This document shows, in pieces, positions 1 through 9,030 of a stretch of DNA of 58,872 bases. Source of the DNA: Anaerofilum sp. (GTDB lineage: Bacteria; Bacillota; Clostridia; Oscillospirales; Ruminococcaceae); assembly GCA_020024115.1 (NCBI GenBank), contig JAHHUF010000001.1:1-58872 (forward strand), read 5' to 3'. Below the pieces are notes generated by a model. That model saw only the letters and a program-made list of their open reading frames with translations. It had not been told where the DNA came from and did not search any database. Within the stretch, counting starts at the first letter, position 1. The number at the start of each line of letters is the position of its first letter. Position numbers and translations under genes: made by a program.

Positions 1-439
1 GAATCAAGGAACCAAGCACGATAAAAGGGGAGCGAAGAAACAGACGCAAAGTCAGATTCACACCGGATTGTACCTGATTGATGTCAGATATTAGGCGATT
101 GATGAGAGTAGCGGTGCCAATAGAGTCCAGTTCTGCATAGGTGAAACGGTTGATGTGTTCAAACATTGTCCTCCGCAGCCCAGTCCCAAAGCCAAATGCT
201 GCTTTGGCAGCGAAATATTGTGCTATCATAGAGCAAATCAGCCCTAAAAAACCCATCAATACCAATAAACCACCCATTTTCAGAATGTAGGCAGTGTTTT
301 GGGTGTGGATTCCAATATCAATAATTGATGCCATAATCAAAGGAACACAAAGTTCGAGACAAGCCTCGAACAGCTTGAACAATGGGCCAATGATGCTTTC
401 TTTTTCATAGCCTTTTAAATAGCAAATCAGTCGAAACAA
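1..439 (-). CDS. ABC transporter permease/ATP-binding protein (multidrug-exporter type), N-terminal part; runs off the window
   Basis: Manual translation from TTG at 439 with AGGAGG RBS: MFRLICYLKGYEKESIIGPLFKLFEACLELCVPLIMASIIDIGI...LRLFLRSPF, a typical ABC exporter membrane domain. Confidence 0.85.
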   Translation of the reverse strand, partial: MFRLICYLKGYEKESIIGPLFKLFEACLELCVPLIMASIIDIGIHTQNTAYILKMGGLLVLMGFLGLICSMIAQYFAAKAAFGFGTGLRRTMFEHINRFTYAELDSIGTATLINRLISDINQVQSGVNLTLRLFLRSPFIVLGSLI

Positions 440-486
440 ATACGGTTCCTCCTCTTATATGGTGATATACCATCAAGATTTTGTTA

Positions 487-637
487 GGGGGATATTTGAA
501 AAGTTGAAATTTTTACAATAAATAGGACCCATTGCGTTAAAAATATTTGGAATCCTGCAAGGATTTTTGTGTTGTTGGGATTGTATCTGTTGATTTTTTG
601 CAAAAATTCGTCAATTTCTTTATTTTCAAATACGCCC
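487..637. mobile_element. MITE-like element, copy 1 (151 bp)
   Basis: Imperfect TIRs GGGGGATATTTGAAAA / TTTTCAAATACGCCC flanked by TA on both sides; aligns along its length with the reverse complement of 26179-26339. Confidence 0.8.
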
Positions 638-1692
638 TAATCAGCAGATTTGCACCATTGCAAAAAACCAGAGGACATTTGTACGGTTTGGTCAGGCAAA
701 AGCCAGAGGGCTTCGGTATCGGGCAAGGATTCAATCAGTGCCATACCTTCCTCCACAGGCATATTAAATAATGCAGTGGACAGCCCATCCGCCATACCGG
801 AATGTTTGCAGAGAATTGAAACAGAATTGACATAGTTGGCAGGCGCTAAGGTATCAGGGTCGATAATATGATGGTATTGTTTGTCGTCTACTATAAAAAA
901 GCGCTGATAATCACCACTGGTGACTAAGGAAACATCATCAAGGTTGATGGTATACAGTGAGTCTTGCTGTTGGTTGCTCCATGGGTTTTGGATGCCACCT
1001 GTCCAAGAGGCATCAGGCTTTTTGCCAATTGCTCTCAGGTTGCCTCCAACACTCAGCAAAGCATTGGTCAAACCACGCTGTTCTGCGTTTTGGATTGCCA
1101 TTTCGGTTGCGTATCCTTTGCCCAAACTGCCAACATCCAAACTCATCTGTGGGTCTTGCAGAAAAACCGTCGAATTTTGCTCGTCTACTATGACCTGTGA
1201 AATATCAATATGGTTTGCTGCCTCCTCCAAAGCGGTTCGGTCTGGCAGGGCAGCAGAAGCAGGGTCTTTCAAAGCGGTTTCTCTGGCATCATGCCACAAA
1301 GAAAGCACGCTACCCATTGCAATGTTGGTTTGCCCATTGGTGATGGTGTAAAGTTCTTTGCCTAAAAGAATCAGGTCAATGATTTTTTTATCCACCTTAA
1401 CAGGGGCAATTCCGGCATTGTCGTTGATAGTTTTCAGATTGTTTATATCAGGGTAGCTGTGATAGATGTCATACAATTTATGGTATTCCGTTAAATCTTG
1501 TTTGAGCAAAGCGGATTGCTTGGAAAATTCCTTTTTATTGGAGGTGTATCCCAGCAGAGTGGTGACAGTATCAAACAAATCAAACCAACTGACAGAAGAA
1601 CGGGTTTGCTCACAGCCAGACAGAGTCAATACCACTGCGGCTGCAAAAATACAGCAAAGAATTTTTGAGCCAAAAAGTCGAAAATGTTTCAT
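637..1692 (-). CDS. apbE: FAD:protein FMN transferase (ApbE/FmnB family lipoprotein)
   Basis: Lipobox LSGC; motifs LDVGSLGKGYA, SLVTSGDYQR, YHHIIDP, ADGLSTALF; AAGGAG RBS before ATG at 1692. Confidence 0.93.
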   Translation of the reverse strand: MKHFRLFGSKILCCIFAAAVVLTLSGCEQTRSSVSWFDLFDTVTTLLGYTSNKKEFSKQSALLKQDLTEYHKLYDIYHSYPDINNLKTINDNAGIAPVKVDKKIIDLILLGKELYTITNGQTNIAMGSVLSLWHDARETALKDPASAALPDRTALEEAANHIDISQVIVDEQNSTVFLQDPQMSLDVGSLGKGYATEMAIQNAEQRGLTNALLSVGGNLRAIGKKPDASWTGGIQNPWSNQQQDSLYTINLDDVSLVTSGDYQRFFIVDDKQYHHIIDPDTLAPANYVNSVSILCKHSGMADGLSTALFNMPVEEGMALIESLPDTEALWLLPDQTVQMSSGFLQWCKSAD

Positions 1693-1731
1693 GTAAACTC
1701 CTTGATACAAGGCAAAGATTGCCTAAGACAA

Positions 1732-1759
1732 AAGGGAACGACTGCAAATCGTTCCCCTT
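1732..1759 (-). terminator. Hairpin between lipoprotein gene and apbE (partial terminator or stabiliser)
   Basis: GGGAACGA-loop-TCGTTCCC followed by a short T run on the minus strand. Confidence 0.5.
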
Positions 1760-1794
1760 GTAAATGTTAAAAATATGCAGTTGATTTCCCCAAA

Positions 1795-2829
1795 TTATTT
1801 GGAAACATTTGCAGCGGCTTTTGCTGCGGCATCCAGAAAAGCATAGGCATTGATGGTGCAGCTGGAAACCAAATCTGCATCGGTGGCATAGCCATCTGTA
1901 ACTGCAGAAGACAGGTCATCCATCGTGCGGTCAGCCATAAAGTTGGCAAAGGCATCTGCTTGCTCATACCATTCTTTTCCGATGGGAGAGGCATCTTTCA
2001 TGTTGTACTGTTCCTTTAGGTCGTATTTTGATACCAAAGGAGCAGACAGGTCGGTTGTGATTTCTCCCATATCATTAAATCCAATTGTTGCATCAATGCT
2101 GTCAATATAAGCACTGGTGAAAGCACCCTCGCTGTTGATGGATGTAGCAATAAATGTGGTAGAAATGTCAACAGAACCATCTTTGCCGTCCATAGCATCT
2201 TTGGAGGAAGAAGGTGTTGCAGAAATGCCAAGAGAAACAACATCGCCAGCATCGGCACCACGAGGAGATGCGTTTTCAACTGCCAAAGCAACTGCTTTGA
2301 TAAAGTCAGTTACAGTAATAGTGCATCCAGCAGATAGGTCTTCATCCAAAGGTTTTCCACTTTCATTCAAGGAAACATCAGAAAGCTGTGAAACGGTTTT
2401 GCCAACTGCAAATCGGCAAAAAGCAGCTGCTTGTTCGTTCCACTCTTTTTGAATGGCAGATTGCCCTTTCATATTATACTCAAGCCCTAATTCATCTTTT
2501 GTATAAAAAGGAACAGATAAGTCAGATGTGATTTTTCCTTGTGCAGAGAAATTTACCGAAGTCTCTAAAACATCTAAATCACAAGACAAAATTTTTCCGG
2601 TTTCATCCACTAACACAGCGGCGGCTGTAAACACCGCAGTTCCTTTGCCATCCTGCCCATCTTCGGGGGAAGAAGAATTGGAAATGTTGGACACAATGCC
2701 AAGACCGGTTTTTAAATCCCCTTTGGCGGTGATGTTGGGGGTGGTTTGTATGGGGCCTCCGGTGTAGCAGCCAGCAAAACCAAAAGCTGCAAACAAACAG
2801 CATACAATAGAAATGAACAATTTTTTCAA
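1795..2829 (-). CDS. Flavinylated lipoprotein with two FMN-binding domains (PplA-like)
   Basis: Lipobox FAGC; two repeated domains (K..L...YNMK..S.I.KEW.EQA..F) ending in DLSAGCTI and DLVSSCTI, variants of the D-x-x-S-G-A-T flavinylation motif; adjacent to apbE. Confidence 0.85.
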   Translation of the reverse strand: MKKLFISIVCCLFAAFGFAGCYTGGPIQTTPNITAKGDLKTGLGIVSNISNSSSPEDGQDGKGTAVFTAAAVLVDETGKILSCDLDVLETSVNFSAQGKITSDLSVPFYTKDELGLEYNMKGQSAIQKEWNEQAAAFCRFAVGKTVSQLSDVSLNESGKPLDEDLSAGCTITVTDFIKAVALAVENASPRGADAGDVVSLGISATPSSSKDAMDGKDGSVDISTTFIATSINSEGAFTSAYIDSIDATIGFNDMGEITTDLSAPLVSKYDLKEQYNMKDASPIGKEWYEQADAFANFMADRTMDDLSSAVTDGYATDADLVSSCTINAYAFLDAAAKAAANVSK

Positions 2830-2891
2830 ATGATAGTTCTCCTCTCAATTTGCAAATGGTATGACACAAACAGGAAAATATAAATGCAACA

Positions 2892-3194
2892 TCAGCCACA
2901 GGAATCGTTGCAGTATAAATCACGCAGATGAATCAACAAATCTTTTACACGCATATCAGACAAAAAATAAACCATACTGGCCCCTTTTGGTTCATAACTC
3001 ACAATACCTGCATCACGCAGTTTTGCCAAATGCTGCGATACAGCAGATTGGCTTAAAAAAGGAACACTTTTATTGAGTTCTGATACATTGCAAGGGCCAT
3101 CTACCAGCTTGCACAAAATAAGAATACGGCTTTCGTTTGCCAATACTTTTAAAACATTCGCAGTTTCAGCTGCACGGGCGCGGAGAAACTCCAT
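2892..3194 (-). CDS. ArsR/SmtB-family transcriptional regulator
   Basis: LKVLANESRILIL...SQSAVSQHLAKLR winged HTH; AAGAGG RBS. Confidence 0.9.
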   Translation of the reverse strand: MEFLRARAAETANVLKVLANESRILILCKLVDGPCNVSELNKSVPFLSQSAVSQHLAKLRDAGIVSYEPKGASMVYFLSDMRVKDLLIHLRDLYCNDSCG

Positions 3195-3251
3195 CCGTTT
3201 TACACCTCTTTAAAAAAACAGCGCTCCCTAACACATTAAGGAATGCTGTTT

Positions 3252-3311
3252 CATTATGTTTTTCTAATGTGCCATTATTTCTATTATACGAAACACCAGA
3301 AAACAAGTCAA
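3252..3311 (-). promoter_or_regulatory. sigmaA promoter of the arsR cluster with a downstream palindromic operator candidate
   Basis: TTGACT(3311-3306)-17bp-TATAAT(3288-3283); CATTA-N8-TAATG palindrome at 3252-3269 just downstream of the predicted start. Confidence 0.6.
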
Positions 3312-3410
3312 CACACAAAAGATAAATTGCAGATTTAATATTATAATGACATTTTTGCTTATTGAACAAAAAGCTGTTGATTTGCTTTTGATTGAAAATT
3401 TTGAGGCAAC

Positions 3411-4424
3411 TTAATTTAATGTTTTATCAAAAATAGGCAGCAAAGATTTGACTTTTTGCATCAACTGGTCAAATGCAGTAGGGGTCAGACTTTGTGCACC
3501 ATCAGAAAGTGCGTGTGCTGGGTCGTTGTGTACTTCAATCATCAAACCATCTGCACCCGCAGCAATTGCAGCCATAGCCAAAGGTTCAACCATCCACGAA
3601 ATTCCAGCAGCATGGCTGGGGTCGATGATGACAGGCAGATGGCTCATCTTTTTCAGCATAGGCACAGCAGAAATGTCCAAAGTGTTGCGCATACTGGTTT
3701 CAAAAGTGCGGATTCCACGCTCGCACAAAATAACCTTTTCGTTTCCACCTGCCATGATGTATTCAGCACTCATAACAAATTCTTCTAGTGTAGCACACAG
3801 CCCACGCTTCAACAGAATGGGTTTGTCAATTTTGCCCAGTTCTTTCAAAAGCTCGAAGTTCTGCATATTTCTCGCACCAACCTGAATGACATCTACATCT
3901 TCAAACAGTTCGAGATGCTCTGTGTTCATAATTTCGGTTACAATAGGCTGTCCGGTTTGTTTGCGTGCATAACGCAGCAAATCCAAACCATCTGCACGCA
4001 AGCCCTGGAAAGAGTAGGGGGAAGTACGGGGTTTGAAAGCACCGCCACGCAGAATGGATGCACCGGATTGCTTTACAGCCCGTGCTACCTCGGTGATTTG
4101 TTCTTCACATTCAACGCTACAAGGGCCTGCCATTACAGCGAAATTGCCGCCGCCAACCAAAATTCCGCTGCAATCCACAATACTGTCGGTAGGGTGGAAG
4201 GTGCGGTTTGCTTTTTTATAAGGCTCGCTGACACGGCGTACATCTTCCACCGCAGGGTGTGCACGCAGAGAGTCCATATCAAGAGATTTGGTATCTCCAA
4301 TCAAACCAATGATATGAGTTTGCTCTCCTTCGGATTCGTGCAGTTTAATGCCTTTTTGAGTCAGGCTTTGGCGCAGCAGATGAACTTGTTCTTCCGAAGT
4401 GTTCTTTTTCAAAATAATAATCAT
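3411..4424 (-). CDS. aroF: 3-deoxy-7-phosphoheptulonate (DAHP) synthase, type I-beta with N-terminal regulatory domain
   Basis: AGPCSVE, GGAFKPRTSPYSFQG, GARNMQNF, DPSHA motifs; start MIIILKK at 4424 with GGGGG RBS. Confidence 0.95.
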   Translation of the reverse strand: MIIILKKNTSEEQVHLLRQSLTQKGIKLHESEGEQTHIIGLIGDTKSLDMDSLRAHPAVEDVRRVSEPYKKANRTFHPTDSIVDCSGILVGGGNFAVMAGPCSVECEEQITEVARAVKQSGASILRGGAFKPRTSPYSFQGLRADGLDLLRYARKQTGQPIVTEIMNTEHLELFEDVDVIQVGARNMQNFELLKELGKIDKPILLKRGLCATLEEFVMSAEYIMAGGNEKVILCERGIRTFETSMRNTLDISAVPMLKKMSHLPVIIDPSHAAGISWMVEPLAMAAIAAGADGLMIEVHNDPAHALSDGAQSLTPTAFDQLMQKVKSLLPIFDKTLN

Positions 4425-4451
4425 TTTTGTTACCCCCAAAATTTTGATAAT

Positions 4452-4490
4452 AAAAAAACCCGAGGCTTTGCTGTTCACAAAGCCCCGGGT
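4452..4490 (-). terminator. Attenuator terminator upstream of aroF
   Basis: ACCCGGGGCTTTG-TGAACAG-CAAAGCCTCGGGT followed by a T run, about 30 nt before the aroF start. Confidence 0.85.
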
Positions 4491-4519
4491 GCCTTTCAAT
4501 TGCAGAAGCGGCTAAATCA

Positions 4520-4618
4520 TCAAACCGCTTGTTTCCGGAGATGCTCACAGCAAAATTGACCTTTGCCAAAAAAGCAAAAGCTAAAGTACAGATAATAAGC
4601 TGCAAACAAAGCTGTCAT
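4520..4618 (-). CDS. Phe/Tyr-rich attenuation leader peptide (32 aa)
   Basis: AGGAGAG RBS then MTALFAAYYLYFSFCFFGKGQFCCEHLRKQAV*; 6 Phe + 3 Tyr; lies between promoter and terminator of aroF. Confidence 0.85.
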   Translation of the reverse strand: MTALFAAYYLYFSFCFFGKGQFCCEHLRKQAV

Positions 4619-4649
4619 AAAAGCTCTCTCCTGAAAAATGATTTTGATT

Positions 4650-4678
4650 AGTATACGCTTTTTTTTTCAGAGTGTCAA
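4650..4678 (-). promoter_or_regulatory. sigmaA promoter of leader-aroF
   Basis: TTGACA(4678-4673)-17bp-TATACT(4655-4650). Confidence 0.8.
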
Positions 4679-5055
4679 GATGAAAAAATTTTTTGACAGC
4701 AAACAAAGAGGTGATACAATACATATTGGGGACAAAAAGACAAATCAAAAGAGGAAATGAAACATGACATAACCCAAATTGCATAAATTGAACTGTTTGC
4801 CAAAGATTCGGTTGCTTTGTCCCATGCAGCAGTGGAGCCGATTGTGATAGAGGAATATTTATAAAACTGACAAAAAAGTGAAATTTAATTTGTGTCGTTT
4901 GTATGATGTGATGAAAATAAAATCGAAATGCGCTCATCGCTTGATTTTCGCTTAAAAACAGATTATGCTTTAATTGTATTTTTTGTTGAATCACACAGAA
5001 TATTAAGAAATGATTTGTTAAACAGAATAATTTTGGAATAGAAGGAGGGGCGCAA

Positions 5056-5196
5056 ATGCCAACTATCATAATCAAAAAGCCAAATGGCAATGCAGCTGTG
5101 CCCATGTTGTGCTGGTGTGGTTTGCCCTGCCATCCTGTCGATGGGTTCAAACAGGGGAAGTGTAAGCATTTTTACAATAGAATACTCTTTCTATAA
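5056..5196 (+). CDS. Small Cys-rich peptide (46 aa), possible RiPP precursor
   Basis: GAAGGAGG RBS; MPTIIIKKPNGNAAVPMLCWCGLPCHPVDGFKQGKCKHFYNRILFL*; followed by its own hairpin. Confidence 0.55.
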   Translation: MPTIIIKKPNGNAAVPMLCWCGLPCHPVDGFKQGKCKHFYNRILFL

Positions 5197-5234
5197 AAAG
5201 GCATGGTGTATCTGCATCATAGCCTTTTTCTTTT
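5195..5234 (+). terminator. Terminator-like hairpin after small peptide gene
   Basis: AAAAAGGC-ATGGTG...CATCAT-A-GCCTTTTT then CTTTT. Confidence 0.55.
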
Positions 5235-5356
5235 GCTAAAACAGCTTTTTTGCTGTTCAGATAAGGCGTTATACTGCAAATTATAAATGAAATTTGCAGC
5301 ATTACCGCCATTTTTCATTGATTAAAAAAATACGACTTCAGAAAGGAAGACGAACG

Positions 5357-5848
5357 ATGAAAAAAGTAGCAATTATTATGGGTAGTGACAGTGATTTGCC
5401 GGTAGTGCGTCCTGCATGGGAGGAATTGAAAAAACTGGGAATCCCCTGTGAAGCACATGTGATGAGCGCCCACCGCACCCCTGCACAAGCAGCACAGTTT
5501 AGTGCAAGTGCAAGGGAGAATGGGTTTGGTGTTATCATTGCCGCCGCTGGCATGGCAGCACATCTTGCAGGTGCCATTGCAGCAAACACCACTCTGCCGG
5601 TGATTGGTATTCCTGTAAAAGGTGGTGCAATGGATGGCTTGGATGCACTGCTGGCAACTGTCATGATGCCCAGCGGAATCCCAGTGGCAACAGTTGCATT
5701 GAATGGTGCAAAAAATGCAGCGGTTTTGGCTGCACAAATGCTGGCAATCGAAGACCCTCAACTGGCAGAAACTCTGAACGCTGCACGCAAAAAAATGGCG
5801 GAAGAAATTGCAGCGAAAGATGCAAAATTGCAACAGGAATTGGTATGA
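5357..5848 (+). CDS. purE: N5-CAIR mutase / AIR carboxylase
   Basis: IIMGSDSD, SAHRTP, AGMAAHL motifs. Confidence 0.97.
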   Translation: MKKVAIIMGSDSDLPVVRPAWEELKKLGIPCEAHVMSAHRTPAQAAQFSASARENGFGVIIAAAGMAAHLAGAIAANTTLPVIGIPVKGGAMDGLDALLATVMMPSGIPVATVALNGAKNAAVLAAQMLAIEDPQLAETLNAARKKMAEEIAAKDAKLQQELV

Positions 5849-5885
5849 TAGATTCTATAACAGGCAAACACAAAAGGAGCAAACT

Positions 5886-7355
5886 ATGATGGAAATGGAA
5901 GAATATCGCAGCGAAAAGCTGCATGAAGAATGTGGCGTTTTTGCAGTTTATGATAAATCACTACAAGAAAATGTAGTTGCAGATGCCTATCATGCTTTGT
6001 ATGCGTTGCAGCATCGTGGGCAGGAAAGCTGCGGTATGGCAGTCAATGACGATGGGGTAATCTCCTATCATCGGGATTTGGGATTGGTAAACGATGTGTT
6101 TACAAAAGATGTAATGCTTTCTTTGCCGCAGCATGGAAAAATGGCTTTGGGACATTGCCGCTATGCAAAAGCAGGTATTCCTCGCCGCAGTGAGGCACAA
6201 CCTCTGGTGATTCGCCATATAAAGGGCAGCATGGCATTGGGTTTCAATGGTGCATTGCTGAATGGCTCTGAGCTTCGGAGAAAATATGAGCTGGAAGGTG
6301 CAATTTTCCACACCGGAACAGATGCTGAAGTAATTGCCTATGCCATCACTCGCCACCGTTTGAAATGCAGCAGCATTGAAGAAGCTGTCAGTCATGCAAT
6401 GGACGAGCTGGAAGGTGCCATTTCTTTGGTGGTGATGAGCGCACGCAAAATCATTGCAGCCCGTGACCGCAAAGGCTTCCGTCCTTTGTGCCTTGGCAGA
6501 AAAGGGGACGCTTGGATTGTTGCCAGCGAAAGCTGTGCAATTCACAGCATCAACGGTGAGTTTGAGCGTGACATTCGCCCGGGGGAAATTATTGTGATTG
6601 ACCAGGACGGTGTTCGCAGCGATGAAAGCCGCTGTGGCGGAAAAAGCGGATTGTGTGTGTTTGAGTTTGTTTATTTTGCTCGTCCTGATAGTGTGGTGGA
6701 TGGTGCCAGTGTTCATGTAGCCCGTCGCCGTGCAGGTGCATTTTTGGCGTTGGAGCATCCTGTTCAAGCAGATGTTGTCATTGGTGCGCCTGACTCCGGT
6801 CTGGATGCAGCATTGGGATTTGCACAGCAAAGCGGCATTCCTTATGGCATTGGTTTTCTGAAAAACAAATACATTGGCAGAACCTTTATCCAGCCCGACC
6901 AAAAGCTGCGTGAAAACACAGTTCGCATTAAGCTGAACCCCATTGCGGCAACCGTCAAGGGCAAGCGTGTTGTTTTGGTAGATGATTCTATTGTTCGTGG
7001 CACAACCTCAAAGCAAATTGTTCAATTGTTGCGGGATGCAGGTGCAACCGAGGTTCATTTCCGTTCATCCAGCCCCAAATTTTTGTATCCCTGCTATTTC
7101 GGTACTGATGTAGACAGTCGTGAAAATTTGATTGCGGTAAATCACAGCACAGAGGAAATCGAGAAAATTATTGGGGTAGACAGTTTAGGATTTTTGAGCA
7201 TTGAAGGGGTAAAAAAGATTGCAGAAGGCTGCGGTTTGGACTTCTGTGTAGGATGCTTTACTGGAGAATACCCAGTAGATTGTTCCAAGTGTGAGAATGT
7301 CAAGGATAAGTGTGAATGTAAACTCACCGATAAAAACGAAAGCGAAAAAGCATAA
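5886..7355 (+). CDS. purF: Amidophosphoribosyltransferase
   Basis: Propeptide then CGVF, LQHRGQE, VDDSIVRGTT, Fe-S cysteines; start 5886 or 5889. Confidence 0.96.
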   Translation: MMEMEEYRSEKLHEECGVFAVYDKSLQENVVADAYHALYALQHRGQESCGMAVNDDGVISYHRDLGLVNDVFTKDVMLSLPQHGKMALGHCRYAKAGIPRRSEAQPLVIRHIKGSMALGFNGALLNGSELRRKYELEGAIFHTGTDAEVIAYAITRHRLKCSSIEEAVSHAMDELEGAISLVVMSARKIIAARDRKGFRPLCLGRKGDAWIVASESCAIHSINGEFERDIRPGEIIVIDQDGVRSDESRCGGKSGLCVFEFVYFARPDSVVDGASVHVARRRAGAFLALEHPVQADVVIGAPDSGLDAALGFAQQSGIPYGIGFLKNKYIGRTFIQPDQKLRENTVRIKLNPIAATVKGKRVVLVDDSIVRGTTSKQIVQLLRDAGATEVHFRSSSPKFLYPCYFGTDVDSRENLIAVNHSTEEIEKIIGVDSLGFLSIEGVKKIAEGCGLDFCVGCFTGEYPVDCSKCENVKDKCECKLTDKNESEKA

Positions 7356-7373
7356 TTGCTTTAGGAGGATACG

Positions 7374-8411
7374 ATGGAAAAGAGCTTTTCTGAAAGCTAT
7401 AAAGCAGCTGGTGTGGATATTACTGCCGGGTATAAAGCAGTGGAATTGATGAAATCCCATGTAGCACGCACCATGACAAGCGGCGTCTTGGGCGGTTTGG
7501 GCGGATTTGGCGGTTTGTTTGAACTGGATGTTACCGATATGCCCCATCCTGTGCTGGTGTCTGGCACAGATGGTGTTGGAACCAAGCTGAAAATTGCTTT
7601 TTTGATGGACAAGCATGACACAGTTGGCATTGACTGCGTTGCAATGTGTGTGAATGATGTGCTGGCTTGTGGTGCAAAACCATTGTTGTTTTTGGATTAT
7701 ATCGCTTGCGGAAAAAATGTTCCTGAAAAAATTGCTTCTATTGTTTCGGGTGTAGCAGAAGGCTGTGTACAGGCAGGCTGTGCGTTGGTTGGCGGCGAAA
7801 CCGCCGAGATGCCCGGTTTTTACCCAGAGGATGAATACGATTTGGCTGGCTTTACTGTGGGAGCAGTGGAAAAAACCAAAATTTTGGATATGAACACCAT
7901 GAAAGCAGGGGATGCTATCATCGCATTGCCCTCCAGTGGTGTACATTCCAACGGGTTCAGTCTGGTTCGCCATGTGTTCGACATAGAAAACAAAGGCTTG
8001 AACCGCTATTCCGATGAGTTGGGCAAAACTTTGGGCGAAGCACTGTTGGAGCCAACAAAAATTTATGTAAAACCTGCTTTGGCAGTGGTGGACAGTGTGC
8101 CTGTGCGTGCAATCAGTCACATTACTGGCGGCGGTTTCTATGAAAATATTCCCCGTGCACTGCCAGAAGGTTGTTTTGCACGAATTGATAAATCCAGCCT
8201 GAAGCCATTGCCAATCTTTGATTTGATTCAAAAAGAAGGTGGCATCCCGGAGCGTGATATGTTCAATACCTTCAATATGGGTGTGGGCATGGCAATGATT
8301 GTGGATTCTGCCAGTGCAGATGAAGCAGTCCGCATCTTGAAAGCTAACGGGCAGGATGCCTATATTATGGGCGAAATCGCAAAAGGCGAGAAAGGCGTAG
8401 AGATATGCTGA
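7374..8411 (+). CDS. purM: AIR synthetase
   Basis: [38 protein letters not shown]. Confidence 0.97.
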   Translation: MEKSFSESYKAAGVDITAGYKAVELMKSHVARTMTSGVLGGLGGFGGLFELDVTDMPHPVLVSGTDGVGTKLKIAFLMDKHDTVGIDCVAMCVNDVLACGAKPLLFLDYIACGKNVPEKIASIVSGVAEGCVQAGCALVGGETAEMPGFYPEDEYDLAGFTVGAVEKTKILDMNTMKAGDAIIALPSSGVHSNGFSLVRHVFDIENKGLNRYSDELGKTLGEALLEPTKIYVKPALAVVDSVPVRAISHITGGGFYENIPRALPEGCFARIDKSSLKPLPIFDLIQKEGGIPERDMFNTFNMGVGMAMIVDSASADEAVRILKANGQDAYIMGEIAKGEKGVEIC

Positions 8412-9001
8412 ATGTAGCTGTTTTGGTTTCGGGAGGCGGAACCAATCTTCAGGCAATTCTTGACAGTGAAGCAAAGGGAGGCAACCCTCATGGAAAGGTC
8501 ACTTTGGTGATTTCATCCAAAGAGGGTGTCTATGCCTTGGAGCGTGCCAAAAATGCAGGGGTAAAATCGGAGGTTATCAGCCGTAAATCCTTTGCAAACC
8601 AGCAGGACTTTGATGAAAAACTGCTGAATACATTCAAAGAAAATAAAATTGATGTTGTGGTTTTGGCAGGATTTTTGTCCATTTTGGGGGAATCGGTCAT
8701 CAAAGCATACCCCAACCGCATTTTGAACATTCACCCCAGTTTGATTCCCAGCTTTTGCGGAGCAGGATACTATGGGCTGAAAGTTCATGAAGCAGCCTTG
8801 AAAAAGGGTGTAAAAGTTACAGGAGCAACGGTGCATTTTGTAAACGAAATTTGCGATGGTGGTGCAATCATTGCACAAAAAGCAGTGGAAGTGCTGGACG
8901 GCGATACCCCCGAATCCTTGCAAAAACGGGTGATGGAGCAGGCAGAGTGGGAGCTTTTGCCTGCCGCTCTTGTAGACATCTGCAAACAGCTTGACTGTTG
9001 A
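8405..9001 (+). CDS. purN: GAR formyltransferase
   Basis: [22 protein letters not shown]. Confidence 0.97.
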   Translation: MLNVAVLVSGGGTNLQAILDSEAKGGNPHGKVTLVISSKEGVYALERAKNAGVKSEVISRKSFANQQDFDEKLLNTFKENKIDVVVLAGFLSILGESVIKAYPNRILNIHPSLIPSFCGAGYYGLKVHEAALKKGVKVTGATVHFVNEICDGGAIIAQKAVEVLDGDTPESLQKRVMEQAEWELLPAALVDICKQLDC

Positions 9002-9030
9002 GTGAACCGACAATTTTAGGAGGAACAACC

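Noticed and set aside
4693..4864. Plus-strand promoter-like TTGACA-16-TACAAT followed by MKHDITQIA*IELFAKDS...IEEYL*
   Set aside because: In-frame stop after 9 codons, poor RBS spacing and no recognisable family; too weak to call a gene or pseudogene
5260..5312. Inverted repeat GGCG..CTGCAAATT/AATTTGCAG..CGCC before purE as a purine, ZTP or PRPP riboswitch
   Set aside because: A single hairpin without the conserved core sequences of those aptamers; function unassigned
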